Source of the DNA: Candidatus Latescibacterota bacterium
Lineage (GTDB): Bacteria; Latescibacterota; UBA2968; UBA8231
Assembly (NCBI GenBank): GCA_963422735.1
Contig: OY730476.1
Location: 1,728,001 to 1,792,000, forward strand
DNA: 64,000 bases
Direction of reading: 5' to 3'
Positions 8,605-19,179 of this stretch are shown here, piece after piece. A program made the position numbers and the translations under genes. The notes below the pieces were generated by a model that was not told the DNA's origin, did no database searches, and worked only from the letters and a program-made list of their open reading frames with translations. Position 1 is the first letter of the stretch, and every line of letters starts with the position of its first letter.

Positions 8605-11112
8605 ATGACCACTGTCGTCCTCGCCGAAAAGCCCAGTGTGGCGCGCGATATTGCCCGGGTCCTAGGGGCCAACAAACGCGGCAAAGGCTATGTCGAAGGC
8701 AACGGCTATATCGTCGCCTGGGCACTTGGGCACCTCGTGCAATTCGCCGAGCCAAACGATTACGGCCCGCCTTGGAACAGCCGCTGGTCTTTTGCCCAGC
8801 TACCGATGATCCCCGAGCAGTGGAAGCTCAAGGCGACGCGCTCGACCTCCGACCAGTACCAAATCGTCAAAAAATTGCTCAACAGCCCGCAGACGGAGCG
8901 CGTCATCTGCGCCACGGACGCCGGGCGCGAGGGCGAGCACATCTTTCGCCTGATCTACGAGCACGCCCGCTGCAAAAAGCCATGTAGCCGGCTGTGGGTT
9001 TCGAGCCTGACCGACGAGGCGATTCGGGGCGGTTTCCGCGCCTTGCAGGCGGGAGCGGCCTTCGATCATCTCGCTGCGGCCGCACGGGCGCGGGGCCAAG
9101 CCGACTGGTTGATGGGCATGAACCTGACCCGCGCCTATACTGTCCACAATAAGGCACTATGCACCATCGGCCGAGTGCAGACGCCAACCCTGTCCATGAT
9201 AGTCAAGCGCGATGCGGCGATTGCCAGCTTTGTAAAGGCGTACTTTTACGAGTTGGTCGCGCAGTTAGAAGAGGGCTTCGCCGCCAAGTACTGCAAAGAT
9301 GGCCAGACGCGCATCGACAAGAAGGAGGAAGCCGAGCGCCTCCATCGCCAGCTCAGCCCCAACAAGGTCGGCACCGTCCGCAAAATTGAGAAGAAAGTCA
9401 AAAAACATCGGCCACCCCCCCTCTACGACCTCAACAACCTCCAGCGCGACGCCAACCGCTACTTTGGCTTTACCGCGGCGCAAACCCTCGAACGCGCCCA
9501 AGCCCTCTACGAAACCCACAAGCTCATCACGTACCCGCGCACCGAGAGCCGCCACATCGCCGAGGACATGGTGCCCAAGCTGCCCGGTATCCTAGAAAAG
9601 CTAGCGCACCCTCAGGCAGCGGCTGCACTGGCGCGCCTGCGCGGTGGGCACCGGCTCAGCAGAGCGTATGTCGATCGCACCAAGCTCACCGATCACCACG
9701 CCATTATTCCCACCGGGCAACGGCCCACCCCTAATTTTGCACCGGACCTACAGAAGGTGTACGACTTGGTGGTGGCGCGCTTTGTCGGCGTCTTCCTGCC
9801 CGACCAAGTGGTTGAGGAGACGACTGTCTTGCTCGACATCGGCGGTGCCGATTTTGTGGCTAAAGGGTCTATCGTCTTAGAAGCGGGCTGGACGGTGGTG
9901 GAACCTGCCCCCGCGAAAGCGGGAGTGCGGCCTCCAGATGCTGCAAAAGGCAAGGGACAGAAAGACGACGATCAGCGACAGGTGCTCCCGCCGCTGCAAC
10001 AAGGTCAGCAAGTTCGCGTAACGCGCATGGATGTGGTCGAGAAGGAAACCCAGCCGCCCCGGCCGTACAACGACGCCACGCTCCTAGCGGCGATGAAAAA
10101 CGCCGGCCGCGAAATCGAGGACGACGAGTTGGCCGCGGCCATGAAGGAATCGGGGCTGGGCACACCGGCGACGAGGGCCGAGACCATCGAAAAGCTGATT
10201 CGCACCGGCTATGTAGTCCGCAACCACAAGGCGATCACCTCGACAGAGAAGGGCAAAGCCCTAGTGAGCTTGGTGGCCGAACCGCTGCGTAGCCCGGAAC
10301 TGACGGCCGAGTGGGAGCAGCAGCTCAAGGAAATCGAGGAAGGACAGCGGCCGGTGGCCGGGTTCTACGAAGAGATCGCCGAGCTGGTGAGGACGCTAGT
10401 GCCCACCGTTCAGCAGGGGCCGGCGCTCTCGCCCGAGCAAGCGGCGCAGGCACAAGGCAAGAAGAGGGGCAAGGGGAAAGGCCGCGGCAAGGTGTTAGGG
10501 CCTTGTCCCAAGTGCAAAGAGGGGCAAGTAGTAGAAAACGCCAAAGCGTACGGATGCAGCCGCTACCGGGAGGGCTGCAACTTGACTATCTGGAAGACGG
10601 TGGCACACAAGCGGCTAACCGAAAAGCAGGCGCAGTTGTTGATGGCCAACGGTCGCACCGAAAAGATGCAGGGCTTTATCTCCAAGGCCGGCAAGAAGTT
10701 TGCGGCGCGGCTCAAATTCGACGATGAGTTCAAAGTCGTCTTTGAGTTTGATGATCGGCCGCGAAATGGCTCCTCTAGCCCCTCAGCCCAACAGAGGCCA
10801 CCAGAGGAGACTGTCCGATCCGCCGCCGACCCATGGGCCGCCCTTACCTGCCCCAAGTGTCGGCAGGGCCAAATCATCGAGGGCCAACGCGGCTTTGGCT
10901 GCAATCGCTATCGCCAAGGATGCGACTTCGTGGTGTGGAAGGAAATGGCGGGCAAGAAGCTAACGGAACGGCAGATACAGACCTTGATCGCCAAAGGCAA
11001 AACCGGGGTGATCAAGGGCTTCAAAAGCAAAAAGGGCGGCAAGTTCGACGCGCGGTTGAGGCTCGGGCCGGAGTGCAAGGCCGCGTTTGATTTTCCCGCC
11101 AACGCGTGCTGA
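8605..11112 (+). CDS. topB: DNA topoisomerase III with two C-terminal Zn-ribbon/Toprim C-repeat units
   Basis: AEKPSVA, ATDAGREGE, GRVQTPTL, catalytic ITYPRT, GLGTPATRA. Duplicated CPKC..YGC..C..WK..GF.SK.GK.F.ARL. Confidence 0.93.
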   Translation: MTTVVLAEKPSVARDIARVLGANKRGKGYVEGNGYIVAWALGHLVQFAEPNDYGPPWNSRWSFAQLPMIPEQWKLKATRSTSDQYQIVKKLLNSPQTERVICATDAGREGEHIFRLIYEHARCKKPCSRLWVSSLTDEAIRGGFRALQAGAAFDHLAAAARARGQADWLMGMNLTRAYTVHNKALCTIGRVQTPTLSMIVKRDAAIASFVKAYFYELVAQLEEGFAAKYCKDGQTRIDKKEEAERLHRQLSPNKVGTVRKIEKKVKKHRPPPLYDLNNLQRDANRYFGFTAAQTLERAQALYETHKLITYPRTESRHIAEDMVPKLPGILEKLAHPQAAAALARLRGGHRLSRAYVDRTKLTDHHAIIPTGQRPTPNFAPDLQKVYDLVVARFVGVFLPDQVVEETTVLLDIGGADFVAKGSIVLEAGWTVVEPAPAKAGVRPPDAAKGKGQKDDDQRQVLPPLQQGQQVRVTRMDVVEKETQPPRPYNDATLLAAMKNAGREIEDDELAAAMKESGLGTPATRAETIEKLIRTGYVVRNHKAITSTEKGKALVSLVAEPLRSPELTAEWEQQLKEIEEGQRPVAGFYEEIAELVRTLVPTVQQGPALSPEQAAQAQGKKRGKGKGRGKVLGPCPKCKEGQVVENAKAYGCSRYREGCNLTIWKTVAHKRLTEKQAQLLMANGRTEKMQGFISKAGKKFAARLKFDDEFKVVFEFDDRPRNGSSSPSAQQRPPEETVRSAADPWAALTCPKCRQGQIIEGQRGFGCNRYRQGCDFVVWKEMAGKKLTERQIQTLIAKGKTGVIKGFKSKKGGKFDARLRLGPECKAAFDFPANAC

Positions 11113-11113
11113 C

Positions 11114-11692
11114 ATGGCTCTCCAACGCTGCCCGTGGCTCGACCTCGACAAACCCGATTACGTCGCGTACCACGACCGCGAGTGGGGAGTCCCGGTCCAC
11201 GATGACTGCAAGCACTTCGAGTTTCTCACCCTCGAATCCGCCCAAGCTGGCCTCAGTTGGTACACCGTCCTGAGCAAGCGAGCCAACTACCGCAAAGCCT
11301 TCGCCGAATTCGACCCTGCCAAAGTCGCTTGCTTCAGCGCGGCCAAAATCGAACAGATGCTCCAAGACCCCGGGCTGATTCGGAATCGCCGCAAGATCGG
11401 CGCGGCCGTAGAAAACGCTCGGCACTTCCTCGCCATGCAGGACGAATTCGGCAGCTTCGACGCCTATATTTGGCGCTTTGTCGATGGCAGACCCATTGTC
11501 AACGAGTTTAGCACCCTCGCCGATTTACCGGCCACCAGCCGCGAATCCGACGCCCTGAGCAAAGACCTCAAGATCCGCGGCTTCAAATTCATCGGCTCAA
11601 CCGTCATCTACGCCCACATGCAGGCTACTGGCTTGGTCAACGACCACGTGCTCGGCTGCTTCCGCCGCGGCCAGATTCTCAACGCGGGCTAG
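11114..11692 (+). CDS. tag: DNA-3-methyladenine glycosylase I
   Basis: RCPW, YHDREWG, LESAQAGLSW, GFKFIG, NDHVLGC. Confidence 0.95.
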   Translation: MALQRCPWLDLDKPDYVAYHDREWGVPVHDDCKHFEFLTLESAQAGLSWYTVLSKRANYRKAFAEFDPAKVACFSAAKIEQMLQDPGLIRNRRKIGAAVENARHFLAMQDEFGSFDAYIWRFVDGRPIVNEFSTLADLPATSRESDALSKDLKIRGFKFIGSTVIYAHMQATGLVNDHVLGCFRRGQILNAG

Positions 11693-11715
11693 GTGCCCCG
11701 CAATGGAGAACCCCG

Positions 11716-12447
11716 GTGCTCAGCAACGAACAATACCAACACTTTCAGACCTTTGGCTTCATCATCCTGCGCCAATTCTTCACCGCCGCCGAGGTGGCCA
11801 CCTTGAGCGCAGAGTTTGAAAAGGGCCTCGACCTCGCTTATGCACACCGCCCCTTCGACGGCTCTGAGCGCCATTGGGTGCCGCAAATGGGGCCGAGCAC
11901 GCCCTTGTACGCCAGCTTGCTAGAAGAAGAGCACTTCTGGTCAATTACCGCGCAGCTCTACGGCGAGGATGCCAACCGCTACGTCGGCGACACTCGCTGG
12001 CACCCCGATCACCGCGTCGATTCCACCGAAGACTGCTACGGAATCAAGTTTGCCTTCTATCTCGATTCGGTCCGCCCGGATACAGGTGTGCCTGGCTCGC
12101 ACAAAAACCCGCTGCACGACGACCTGCGGGCATACATCGAGGACCAAGGCATGGAGCTGGCAGATATCCCCTCGTGCGCCTGCTCCTCCGAGCCGGGCGA
12201 CGGTTGGCACTCCAGCTTCGGTGGGCGGCAGGGACGCCGCATGAGCACCTGCGTGTACTACAAAAACCCCGAGACCCCGGCGCAAGAACGAGCCGCACGG
12301 CAGCGCACCCAAAAAGCCACCAAGCACCCGCCCAATACCACCGCCCCAACGACCCGCTCATCCACCCCTATTGGCTCGGCCAGCCCCTTGCGCCAACGCT
12401 GGATCGAGCGGTTGGACGCCCTCGGCTTCCTGCATCCAGCGGCCTGA
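11716..12447 (+). pseudogene. PhyH-family dioxygenase with several internal micro-deletions
   Basis: FQTFGFIILR, WHPDH, VPGSHK present. Conserved strands appear missing before VPGSHK and between PGD and WH. A protein-like segment (RPNDPLIHPYWL) lies in another frame near the 3' end. Confidence 0.6.
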
Positions 12448-12524
12448 GCCTTGGGCCGCAACGTTGCCACACTAGCTTTCGTACAGTTTTCGACCTGATC
12501 CTTTCGCCCCACAAGGAGCCTCTC

Positions 12525-13508
12525 ATGCACGTCGGCACCCAGCAGTTCAATACATCGGACGAAGATCTCGAATATCTGGCCCGCCACGGGGTCTTCAACA
12601 AGAACGAAAACTTCATCGCGTTCCACCGCGAATACGGTTGGGACGTCGAAGAGTTGGTCGCCAAGAAGGAGAAGTGCGCCCGCTTTGGCATCGACATGGA
12701 GATGGTTGCCCTGCCCATGGCCCAATTCAATATCAACGGCGAGGCCGTGCCCAACTTTATGATGGGTAACTACGAAGAGGGCGATAAGGAAATTGAGCTG
12801 GTCGTCAACATGGTGCGGCAGGCGGCCGAAGCCGGCATCCCAGCCATCAAATACTACCTCTGCGCCCTCGAAAACCAGCGCACCGCAAGCATCCCCCCCG
12901 GCCGCGGCGGCTCCATCTACAGCACGTGGGACCTCGAAAAGGCCGACGCCGATACGCCTCGCTACGACCAACCGGTCACCGCAGAGGAAAACTGGCGTCG
13001 CATCACTTATTTCTTGGAGCGAGTCATCCCGGTCGCCACTGAGTGCAAGGTCCGCATGGCCTGCCATCCCTGCGACCCCTGGCTGCCGCCCGGCTTTAAG
13101 GGCGTCGATCGCGTGATGGGCGGCTTTGACGGCTTCAAGCAGTTTATCGAGATCTGCCCTAGCCCCTACCACGGCGTCAACCTGTGCTTGGGCTGCATGG
13201 CCGAAAGCGTCGAAGATCCGCTCAACGAGGTACCGGAGATCATCCGCTACTTAGGCTCGCGCAACAAAATTTTCCTCTGCCACTTTCGCAACATCGTCGG
13301 CAAGCGCAACAAGTTCCAAGAGGTCTGGCCGGATGAAGGGGTGATGAACATGCACCGCAATATGCAGGCCCTCCAAGAAGTGGGCTACCAGCACATGTGC
13401 GTCCCGGATCACGCGCCCGGGCACAAAGACCCCCACAGTATGCGCCAAGCTTGGGCCTATGAATTTGGCTATATCCAAGCCATGCTCCAAGCGGTAATGA
13501 GCGCGTGA
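12525..13508 (+). CDS. Mannonate dehydratase (UxuA)-like protein
   Basis: AAEAGIPAIKY, RMACHPCDP, LCLGCM, HFRN, PDEG, VPDHAP. ATG 12525 has an AAGGAG SD. Confidence 0.8.
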   Translation: MHVGTQQFNTSDEDLEYLARHGVFNKNENFIAFHREYGWDVEELVAKKEKCARFGIDMEMVALPMAQFNINGEAVPNFMMGNYEEGDKEIELVVNMVRQAAEAGIPAIKYYLCALENQRTASIPPGRGGSIYSTWDLEKADADTPRYDQPVTAEENWRRITYFLERVIPVATECKVRMACHPCDPWLPPGFKGVDRVMGGFDGFKQFIEICPSPYHGVNLCLGCMAESVEDPLNEVPEIIRYLGSRNKIFLCHFRNIVGKRNKFQEVWPDEGVMNMHRNMQALQEVGYQHMCVPDHAPGHKDPHSMRQAWAYEFGYIQAMLQAVMSA

Positions 13509-13575
13509 CCACATTTTTGGCGCGGCGGTCGGCAAGGGGCCACTGGCGGTCTCTTGCCGACCGCGCTAGGTGCCC

Positions 13576-14400
13576 ATGAGCACCGCCCATCCACTGCGCG
13601 ACATCGAGCGCATCAACGGGCCGCCCGGCCTGTATCTCGAAGCAATCGGCACCATCTTCGCCACCTTCGGTGCGGCCACCCAAGACTCCGGCAATGTCTC
13701 CTATGGCGTGCAGGTTGGCGGCGAGTGCTTCTTCGTCAAAACCACCGATCCCGAGGCCGAGGTATTCGGCGACCACGCGACCCGCGTGGCACTCCTGTAC
13801 AATGCGGCTCGGCTCAAGCGCAGCTGCGATCATCCGACCTTGCCGACCCTGCATTGCATCGTCGAAACTGCACACGGCCCGGCACTCGTGTACGACTGGG
13901 TTGACGGCGAGTGCTTGCACGGTGGACGCGACGATTGGCAATCGGCGCATCAGCGATTTCGCCGCCTGCCCGCCGCCGCCATTCTCGCCGTGCTCGACGC
14001 GATTTACGATTTGCACGTCCGGCTCGCCCAACGCGGGTGGGTTGCCGTGGATTTCTACGATGGCTGTCTGATGTACGACTTCAAACGCCAAGTCGCGCAT
14101 ATCGTGGATCTCGACATGTATCACTTGGGGGCATTCACCAATCAGATGGGGCGGATGTTTGGCTCGACGCGCTTTATGGCTCCAGAGGAATTTGAGCGCG
14201 GTGCGCTAATCGACGAGCGCACGACCGTCTTCGCCATGGACCGCACCGCAATCGCCTTTCTCGGCAACGACATCGGCGGTGCGTTGGGTAAGGTCGTGCG
14301 GCGCGCCTGTCGCGATGAGCGCACGGCGCGCTACCGCTCTATGGAGGAATTTTGCGCTGCTTGGCAGCAGGTGAGGCGGCTAGGGCACTGTATCCTTTAG
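13576..14400 (+). CDS. Protein kinase-like protein
   Basis: FFVK, WVAVDFYDGCL, IVDLDMY, GSTRFMAPEEF. Confidence 0.75.
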   Translation: MSTAHPLRDIERINGPPGLYLEAIGTIFATFGAATQDSGNVSYGVQVGGECFFVKTTDPEAEVFGDHATRVALLYNAARLKRSCDHPTLPTLHCIVETAHGPALVYDWVDGECLHGGRDDWQSAHQRFRRLPAAAILAVLDAIYDLHVRLAQRGWVAVDFYDGCLMYDFKRQVAHIVDLDMYHLGAFTNQMGRMFGSTRFMAPEEFERGALIDERTTVFAMDRTAIAFLGNDIGGALGKVVRRACRDERTARYRSMEEFCAAWQQVRRLGHCIL

Positions 14401-14521
14401 GTGCCAAAACCGTAGCGTCTAGCCCCCATTCTGCATTTCACACATCCCTACCAATCTCAGAGCACATCCTCGCTGGCACGGTTCTTGTTTCCTTTTGCCT
14501 GTCTCAACGGAAAGGAACCCC

Positions 14522-16048
14522 ATGCCCTCCACCGTCCTCTCGGCCGCTACGCTCGGGATTGACGCGTATCCGGTCCACGTAGAAGTCGATACCGACCGCA
14601 GCTTGCCGACCTTCGCGGTCGTCGGCCTGCCCGACTCCGCAGTCCGCGAAAGCAAGGAGCGCGTCTTGGCGGCCATCAAAAACGCCGGCTATCAGTGGCC
14701 GCGCCGCAAGATCACCATCAACCTCGCGCCGGCCGATCGCAAGAAGGAAGGTTCGGCTTTCGACCTGCCCATAGCCGTCGGCGTCTTAGCAGCCTCCCAA
14801 CAGATCGAGCCCGTGTGCCTCGCCGAGTTCGCGCTCTTGGGCGAGCTGTCGCTCAACGGCAGCGTGCGCCCGGTTCACGGCATGCTTTCCATGGCCACGT
14901 CCCTGCATCAGCAGGGCCTCTACGGCATGATCGTGCCGACGCAAAATGCCCGCGAAGCCGCCATTGCCAATGGACCGCTCATTTATGGCGTCAGTTCGCT
15001 GAGCGAAGCCCTAAGCATTTTGACCGGCGACGCGCGCCAACGGCCCTACGAATTGAACGTGGAGGAGATGTTTCGCAGCAACGCCAACTACGGGGTTGAC
15101 TTTGCGGAAGTGCGCGGCCAAGATCACGCCAAGCGCGCCCTCGAAGTCGCCGCCAGCGGGGGACACAACTTGCTCATGGTCGGGCCGCCTGGGTCGGGCA
15201 AGACCATGCTCGCCCGCCGCCTACCCACGATCCTCCCGGCACCAACTATGCGAGAGGCACTCGACACTACCAAGATCCATTCGGTCGCCGGCATCCTTCC
15301 CCCAGGCCAAGCTCTAGTCGCCACCCGGCCTTTCCGCGCCCCGCACCACACCATCTCGGACGCTGGCCTCATCGGCGGCGGTGCGTACCCCCGTCCGGGC
15401 GAGGTGTCGCTCTCCCACCACGGCGTGCTCTTTCTAGACGAGCTGCCCGAATTTCGCCGCAATGTCGTCGAGGCTCTGCGCCAGCCGCTCGAAGACCACG
15501 CCGTCACCATCACGCGGGCGCAGATCGCGATCGCCTACCCAGCGGATTTTACCCTCGTCGCAGCGATGAATCCCTGCCCTTGCGGCTACCTTGCGGACGC
15601 CCGCCACACCTGCACCTGCTCTCTGGCCGCAATCCGCCGCTATCGCGCGCGCGTTTCCGGACCACTCCTCGACCGCATCGACATCCACATCGAAGTGCCA
15701 GCCCTCGCCTACGACGACTTGGCCAACAGGGAAGGCGGCGAAGACTCAGCGCAAATCCGCCAGCGCGTCAACGCCGCCCGCCAGCGGCAACTCGACCGCT
15801 TTGCCGGGGAGCTATTCTGCAACGCCCAGATGAGTACGCGACACATCCGCTGCCACTGCTTGCTCGACGACGCCGGGCAGGCCCTGCTCGAAAAAGCCAT
15901 GGCCCGCCTCGGCCTCTCGGCCCGAGCCTACGACCGCATCCTCAAAGTCGCCCGCACCATAGCCGACTTGGCCGACGCGCCGATCCAGTCGCAGCACCTA
16001 GCGGAGGCCATACAATATCGGGCACTTGATCGCAGCGGCCTTCTGTAG
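14522..16048 (+). CDS. comM: YifB/ComM Mg-chelatase-like AAA+ ATPase
   Basis: [69 protein letters not shown]. Confidence 0.92.
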   Translation: MPSTVLSAATLGIDAYPVHVEVDTDRSLPTFAVVGLPDSAVRESKERVLAAIKNAGYQWPRRKITINLAPADRKKEGSAFDLPIAVGVLAASQQIEPVCLAEFALLGELSLNGSVRPVHGMLSMATSLHQQGLYGMIVPTQNAREAAIANGPLIYGVSSLSEALSILTGDARQRPYELNVEEMFRSNANYGVDFAEVRGQDHAKRALEVAASGGHNLLMVGPPGSGKTMLARRLPTILPAPTMREALDTTKIHSVAGILPPGQALVATRPFRAPHHTISDAGLIGGGAYPRPGEVSLSHHGVLFLDELPEFRRNVVEALRQPLEDHAVTITRAQIAIAYPADFTLVAAMNPCPCGYLADARHTCTCSLAAIRRYRARVSGPLLDRIDIHIEVPALAYDDLANREGGEDSAQIRQRVNAARQRQLDRFAGELFCNAQMSTRHIRCHCLLDDAGQALLEKAMARLGLSARAYDRILKVARTIADLADAPIQSQHLAEAIQYRALDRSGLL

Positions 16049-16128
16049 TTTGGGAACGTAGCGCATTAAGTGCCCGCGCTTCATATTCCTATGTAGATAG
16101 CCGTCCCCACCACAAAAAGGAAACGACC

Positions 16129-17058
16129 ATGGCCCCTAGTCCTGACCCGCGAATTCCCTGGTACACCTCCATCGGTGCGGTGACCGTAGAAAAGCACGCC
16201 CTGGACAAACCGCACCAAGGCAAGGTACTGGCCGCCGTCCAAGCCCACGCGGATGATATTCCCCTCTTTTGCGCCGGCCTCGTCGCCAAGCTCATCGCCG
16301 AAGGCTACACCGCCTACTTGATCCAGACCACCAACGACGAGAAGTGCGGACCGGGGACGATAGGCGAGACGATCCTCCAAAACGAGCGCGAAGTCGAAGT
16401 GCTGGCCGGGGAGTTGGGCTTCAAACAGGTCATCCACCTCGGCTACCGCAATCACTTTCTCGATGAAGCCGCTCCCACCGAGCTGAGGGCCCGGCTGGTA
16501 TTTTTGATCCACGCCCTCAAAATCGACACCATCACCACCTTCAGCCCTTGGGGCCACTGGGAGGAAAACCCCGATCACTACATCACCGGCCAAGCGGTCG
16601 AAGCGGCTCGCTGGATGGCCGGCATGAACAAGGATTACCCCGAACAACTTTCCTGCGGCCTCCAGCCTCACTCGGTCAAAGACCTCTACTACTGGACCTG
16701 CCGCCCGGGCCAGCCCTACAACACAGTCGTCGATATAGCACCTCATCTCGACGCAAAGGTTGCCGCAATGAGCACCAACAAGGCTCAGGGGCCAGCGGGG
16801 GGCCACGGTCGCCGCCTCAAGGAAGGGCTAGCGCGCCAAGGCAAACACCTACCCGCCTTGGGCAATGACGACGAAGAGGCCGACCGCCAGTACATCCGCC
16901 TCTTTGGCTTGCAAGAGTACCAGCACATTGGCGAGCGCTATGGCTTGGACTACGCCGAGGCGTTCTACTACATGCCGCCCGGCGGAACCTTTACCGGCGC
17001 GATGAGCGGAGCGGAGATCGAGCGCTATGTCGAAGAGCACGCCGAGGACTTGGGCTGA
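16129..17058 (+). CDS. PIG-L/LmbE family deacetylase
   Basis: AHADD and NPDH metal-binding motifs. Confidence 0.85.
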   Translation: MAPSPDPRIPWYTSIGAVTVEKHALDKPHQGKVLAAVQAHADDIPLFCAGLVAKLIAEGYTAYLIQTTNDEKCGPGTIGETILQNEREVEVLAGELGFKQVIHLGYRNHFLDEAAPTELRARLVFLIHALKIDTITTFSPWGHWEENPDHYITGQAVEAARWMAGMNKDYPEQLSCGLQPHSVKDLYYWTCRPGQPYNTVVDIAPHLDAKVAAMSTNKAQGPAGGHGRRLKEGLARQGKHLPALGNDDEEADRQYIRLFGLQEYQHIGERYGLDYAEAFYYMPPGGTFTGAMSGAEIERYVEEHAEDLG

Positions 17059-17158
17059 GCGCACTGTTGCAGACCGGAGACTAGAAGACGCCGAGAAATT
17101 TACACTTCAATGGGAATTTCTTTAATTTGCCCGCACAACGGATTGGGGAGAAGCCGCT

Positions 17159-18043
17159 ATGAAACTCACGATAGAACAGCTTGCAGAATTCGACACCCGC
17201 GGCGTGATCATTGCCCGCGAGGCTCTAACCCACGACGATTTGCAGCCAGTAATCGACGAACTGTCCGCGTGGATTGACGTGCGTGCGCGGACGCTGCATG
17301 AGGAAGGCGCAATAGCCGACCTGTACGAGGACGCCCCGTTTACCACGCGCTACGGCTTGCTGTTCAAACAATGCCCTGAGATCGGACGCGGAATGGACAT
17401 TATGCACTATCGGGGCCGGGCGATGTTCGAGTTTTTGCACAACGAAAATCTGCTCGACCTGCTCGAATCGCTGCTGGGCCCCGAGTTGATCTGCAACCCC
17501 ATCCAGCACCTGCGAGCCAAGCCGCCGCAAGCCTACGAAAACCGCGAAGGCCCCTCTTTCCACAACGCGCCTTGGCACCAAGACGCCGGCGTGATGATGC
17601 CGGAAGCCGAAGGCTCTGACGTGGTCACCTGCTGGCTGCCTTTGGCCAAAGCCACGATAGAGACCGGCTGCATGGAGGTCTTGCCCGGCCTCGTCGAAAC
17701 TGGCTATCTCCGGCATTTGGCGGCCGGTGGCACCACCATCGCTCCCGAGGCCATGCCCCAAGTTGAACCCATTCCCTTGGAGTGCAAGCGCGGCGATGTG
17801 GTGCTCATGAGCCGCTTTACCCCCCATCGCTCCACTCCCAACTACTCCCATCAGTGCCGTTGGTCGCTGGATCTGCGCTACCAACCCGCCGGCCAGCACA
17901 CCGGCCGCACTGGCCACCCCGATTTTGTCGCGCGCTCCCGCCGCGATCCGTCCAGCGAGCTGACCGACTACGAGGAATGGTACCGCTTGTGGATCGACGC
18001 CTTTGAGCATCCTCGCGGCGTGGTCGCGCACCGCGGAGAATAG
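17159..18043 (+). CDS. PhyH-family dioxygenase
   Basis: PWHQDAGV, GCMEVLPG, GDVVLMSRFTPHRS, RWSLDLRY. Confidence 0.9.
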   Translation: MKLTIEQLAEFDTRGVIIAREALTHDDLQPVIDELSAWIDVRARTLHEEGAIADLYEDAPFTTRYGLLFKQCPEIGRGMDIMHYRGRAMFEFLHNENLLDLLESLLGPELICNPIQHLRAKPPQAYENREGPSFHNAPWHQDAGVMMPEAEGSDVVTCWLPLAKATIETGCMEVLPGLVETGYLRHLAAGGTTIAPEAMPQVEPIPLECKRGDVVLMSRFTPHRSTPNYSHQCRWSLDLRYQPAGQHTGRTGHPDFVARSRRDPSSELTDYEEWYRLWIDAFEHPRGVVAHRGE

Positions 18044-18064
18044 CGCGGTGGTACAAGCAAACCC

Positions 18065-18260
18065 ATGCCCAAAACCAGCGAGATCGCCTTTAACGTCGAG
18101 CTGTCGAACGTGCTGCGGAGCAAAAGAGCATCCTCCGCGAGGCTGCCCTACAGCCGGACGTCGTCATTCGCCCTCCGAGTGGTATCCCGGTCGTCCTCGA
18201 AACCGAATTTGAACCTCGCTATTCTGCTGAAGAGACGGCACGGCGGTGGCGACGCGGGAG
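18065..18260 (+). pseudogene. Relic N-terminus of a restriction-modification (type IIG-like) protein
   Basis: MPKTSEIAFNVELSNVLRSK, then in a shifted frame LQPDVVIRPPSGIPVVLETEFEP (PD...ExE nuclease-like). No continuation. Confidence 0.45.
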
Positions 18261-18494
18261 AAATCTATTCGGCATGGGCATTGGGGCACACTATATTCGG
18301 GGCGGGACAGCGGGCAGGCTTTGTGGATGTATTGGCCGAAGTACCCACGGAGGTTGGGGGCGACTGGCCATGATGAGAGAAAGGCTGCCCATTGTCAAAG
18401 TAGGCTGAAAGGCGGCTTCGCAGATGCCAGAGAAACCCATCGCTAGATATGAAGCACCTATAATCCATGATCTATATGTGAAAGGAGCCGTTAC

Positions 18495-19168
18495 ATGACA
18501 CAGGATAAAACGCGCAGCAACGGGGGAATGAGCCGAGCGTCGAGAGCGTCGAGTTCTCCGTTGTTTTAGTCGCAACTGCAAACAACCCATCCATCTTAAA
18601 TCCAGATTTCTTGCAATACAACGAAATCGTGAATCCAGATTGGCAGGTACAAGGTTCCCCCGTCTTGAGTCCAGCTCTTGCCCAAGTATCATTTGAGGGC
18701 GGGCCTACCGTGACCGCTGACCTAAACCGCGTTATCTTTGAGCAAAAAACCGGACGCAAATTGGTCGCATCAGAAGTGGCGAAACGCTACCTTCGACAGG
18801 TCCCGCATGTTCCTTATTCCGCCATCGGCATCAATCCCAAGTTCTTTCTGCGCTCAACGGGAGAGCATCTGCCACTTATGGAGAGTGTAGTGCGCGATCA
18901 AGGCACTTGGATGTCGTTCAAGGATGCAGAACCGACGGTTCAACTGAAATTAATCTATAGCTACGAAGAAAGAACTATTCTCCTTGATGTTGCCCAGATT
19001 AAACCAACGACAGATGACCCGACGTCCTCTGGGATACTGTTCCAAGCGAATGTCCATCGTGATGTGGAAGGACTGAACGCACAAGCCCGAAACAAGCGCA
19101 TCCGGTCTATTTTGGACAGATGGGAAGACGATCTGGAGGATGTTCGTCAGTTGAGTAAGATTCTGTAA
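18495..19168 (+). CDS. Hypothetical protein (TIGR04255-like), frameshifted near its 5' end
   Basis: ATG 18495 has an AAGGAG SD. Adding one A to the A4 run at 18507-18510 joins it to NAQQRGNEPSVESVEFSVVLVATANNPSILNPDFLQY...AIGIN...FQANVH. Confidence 0.55.
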
Positions 19169-19179
19169 GGAGGGATGAA

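Noticed and set aside
11874-12524. Long N-terminal extension of the UxuA-like ORF
   Set aside because: It overlaps the PhyH gene, and a good SD and ATG exist at 12525.
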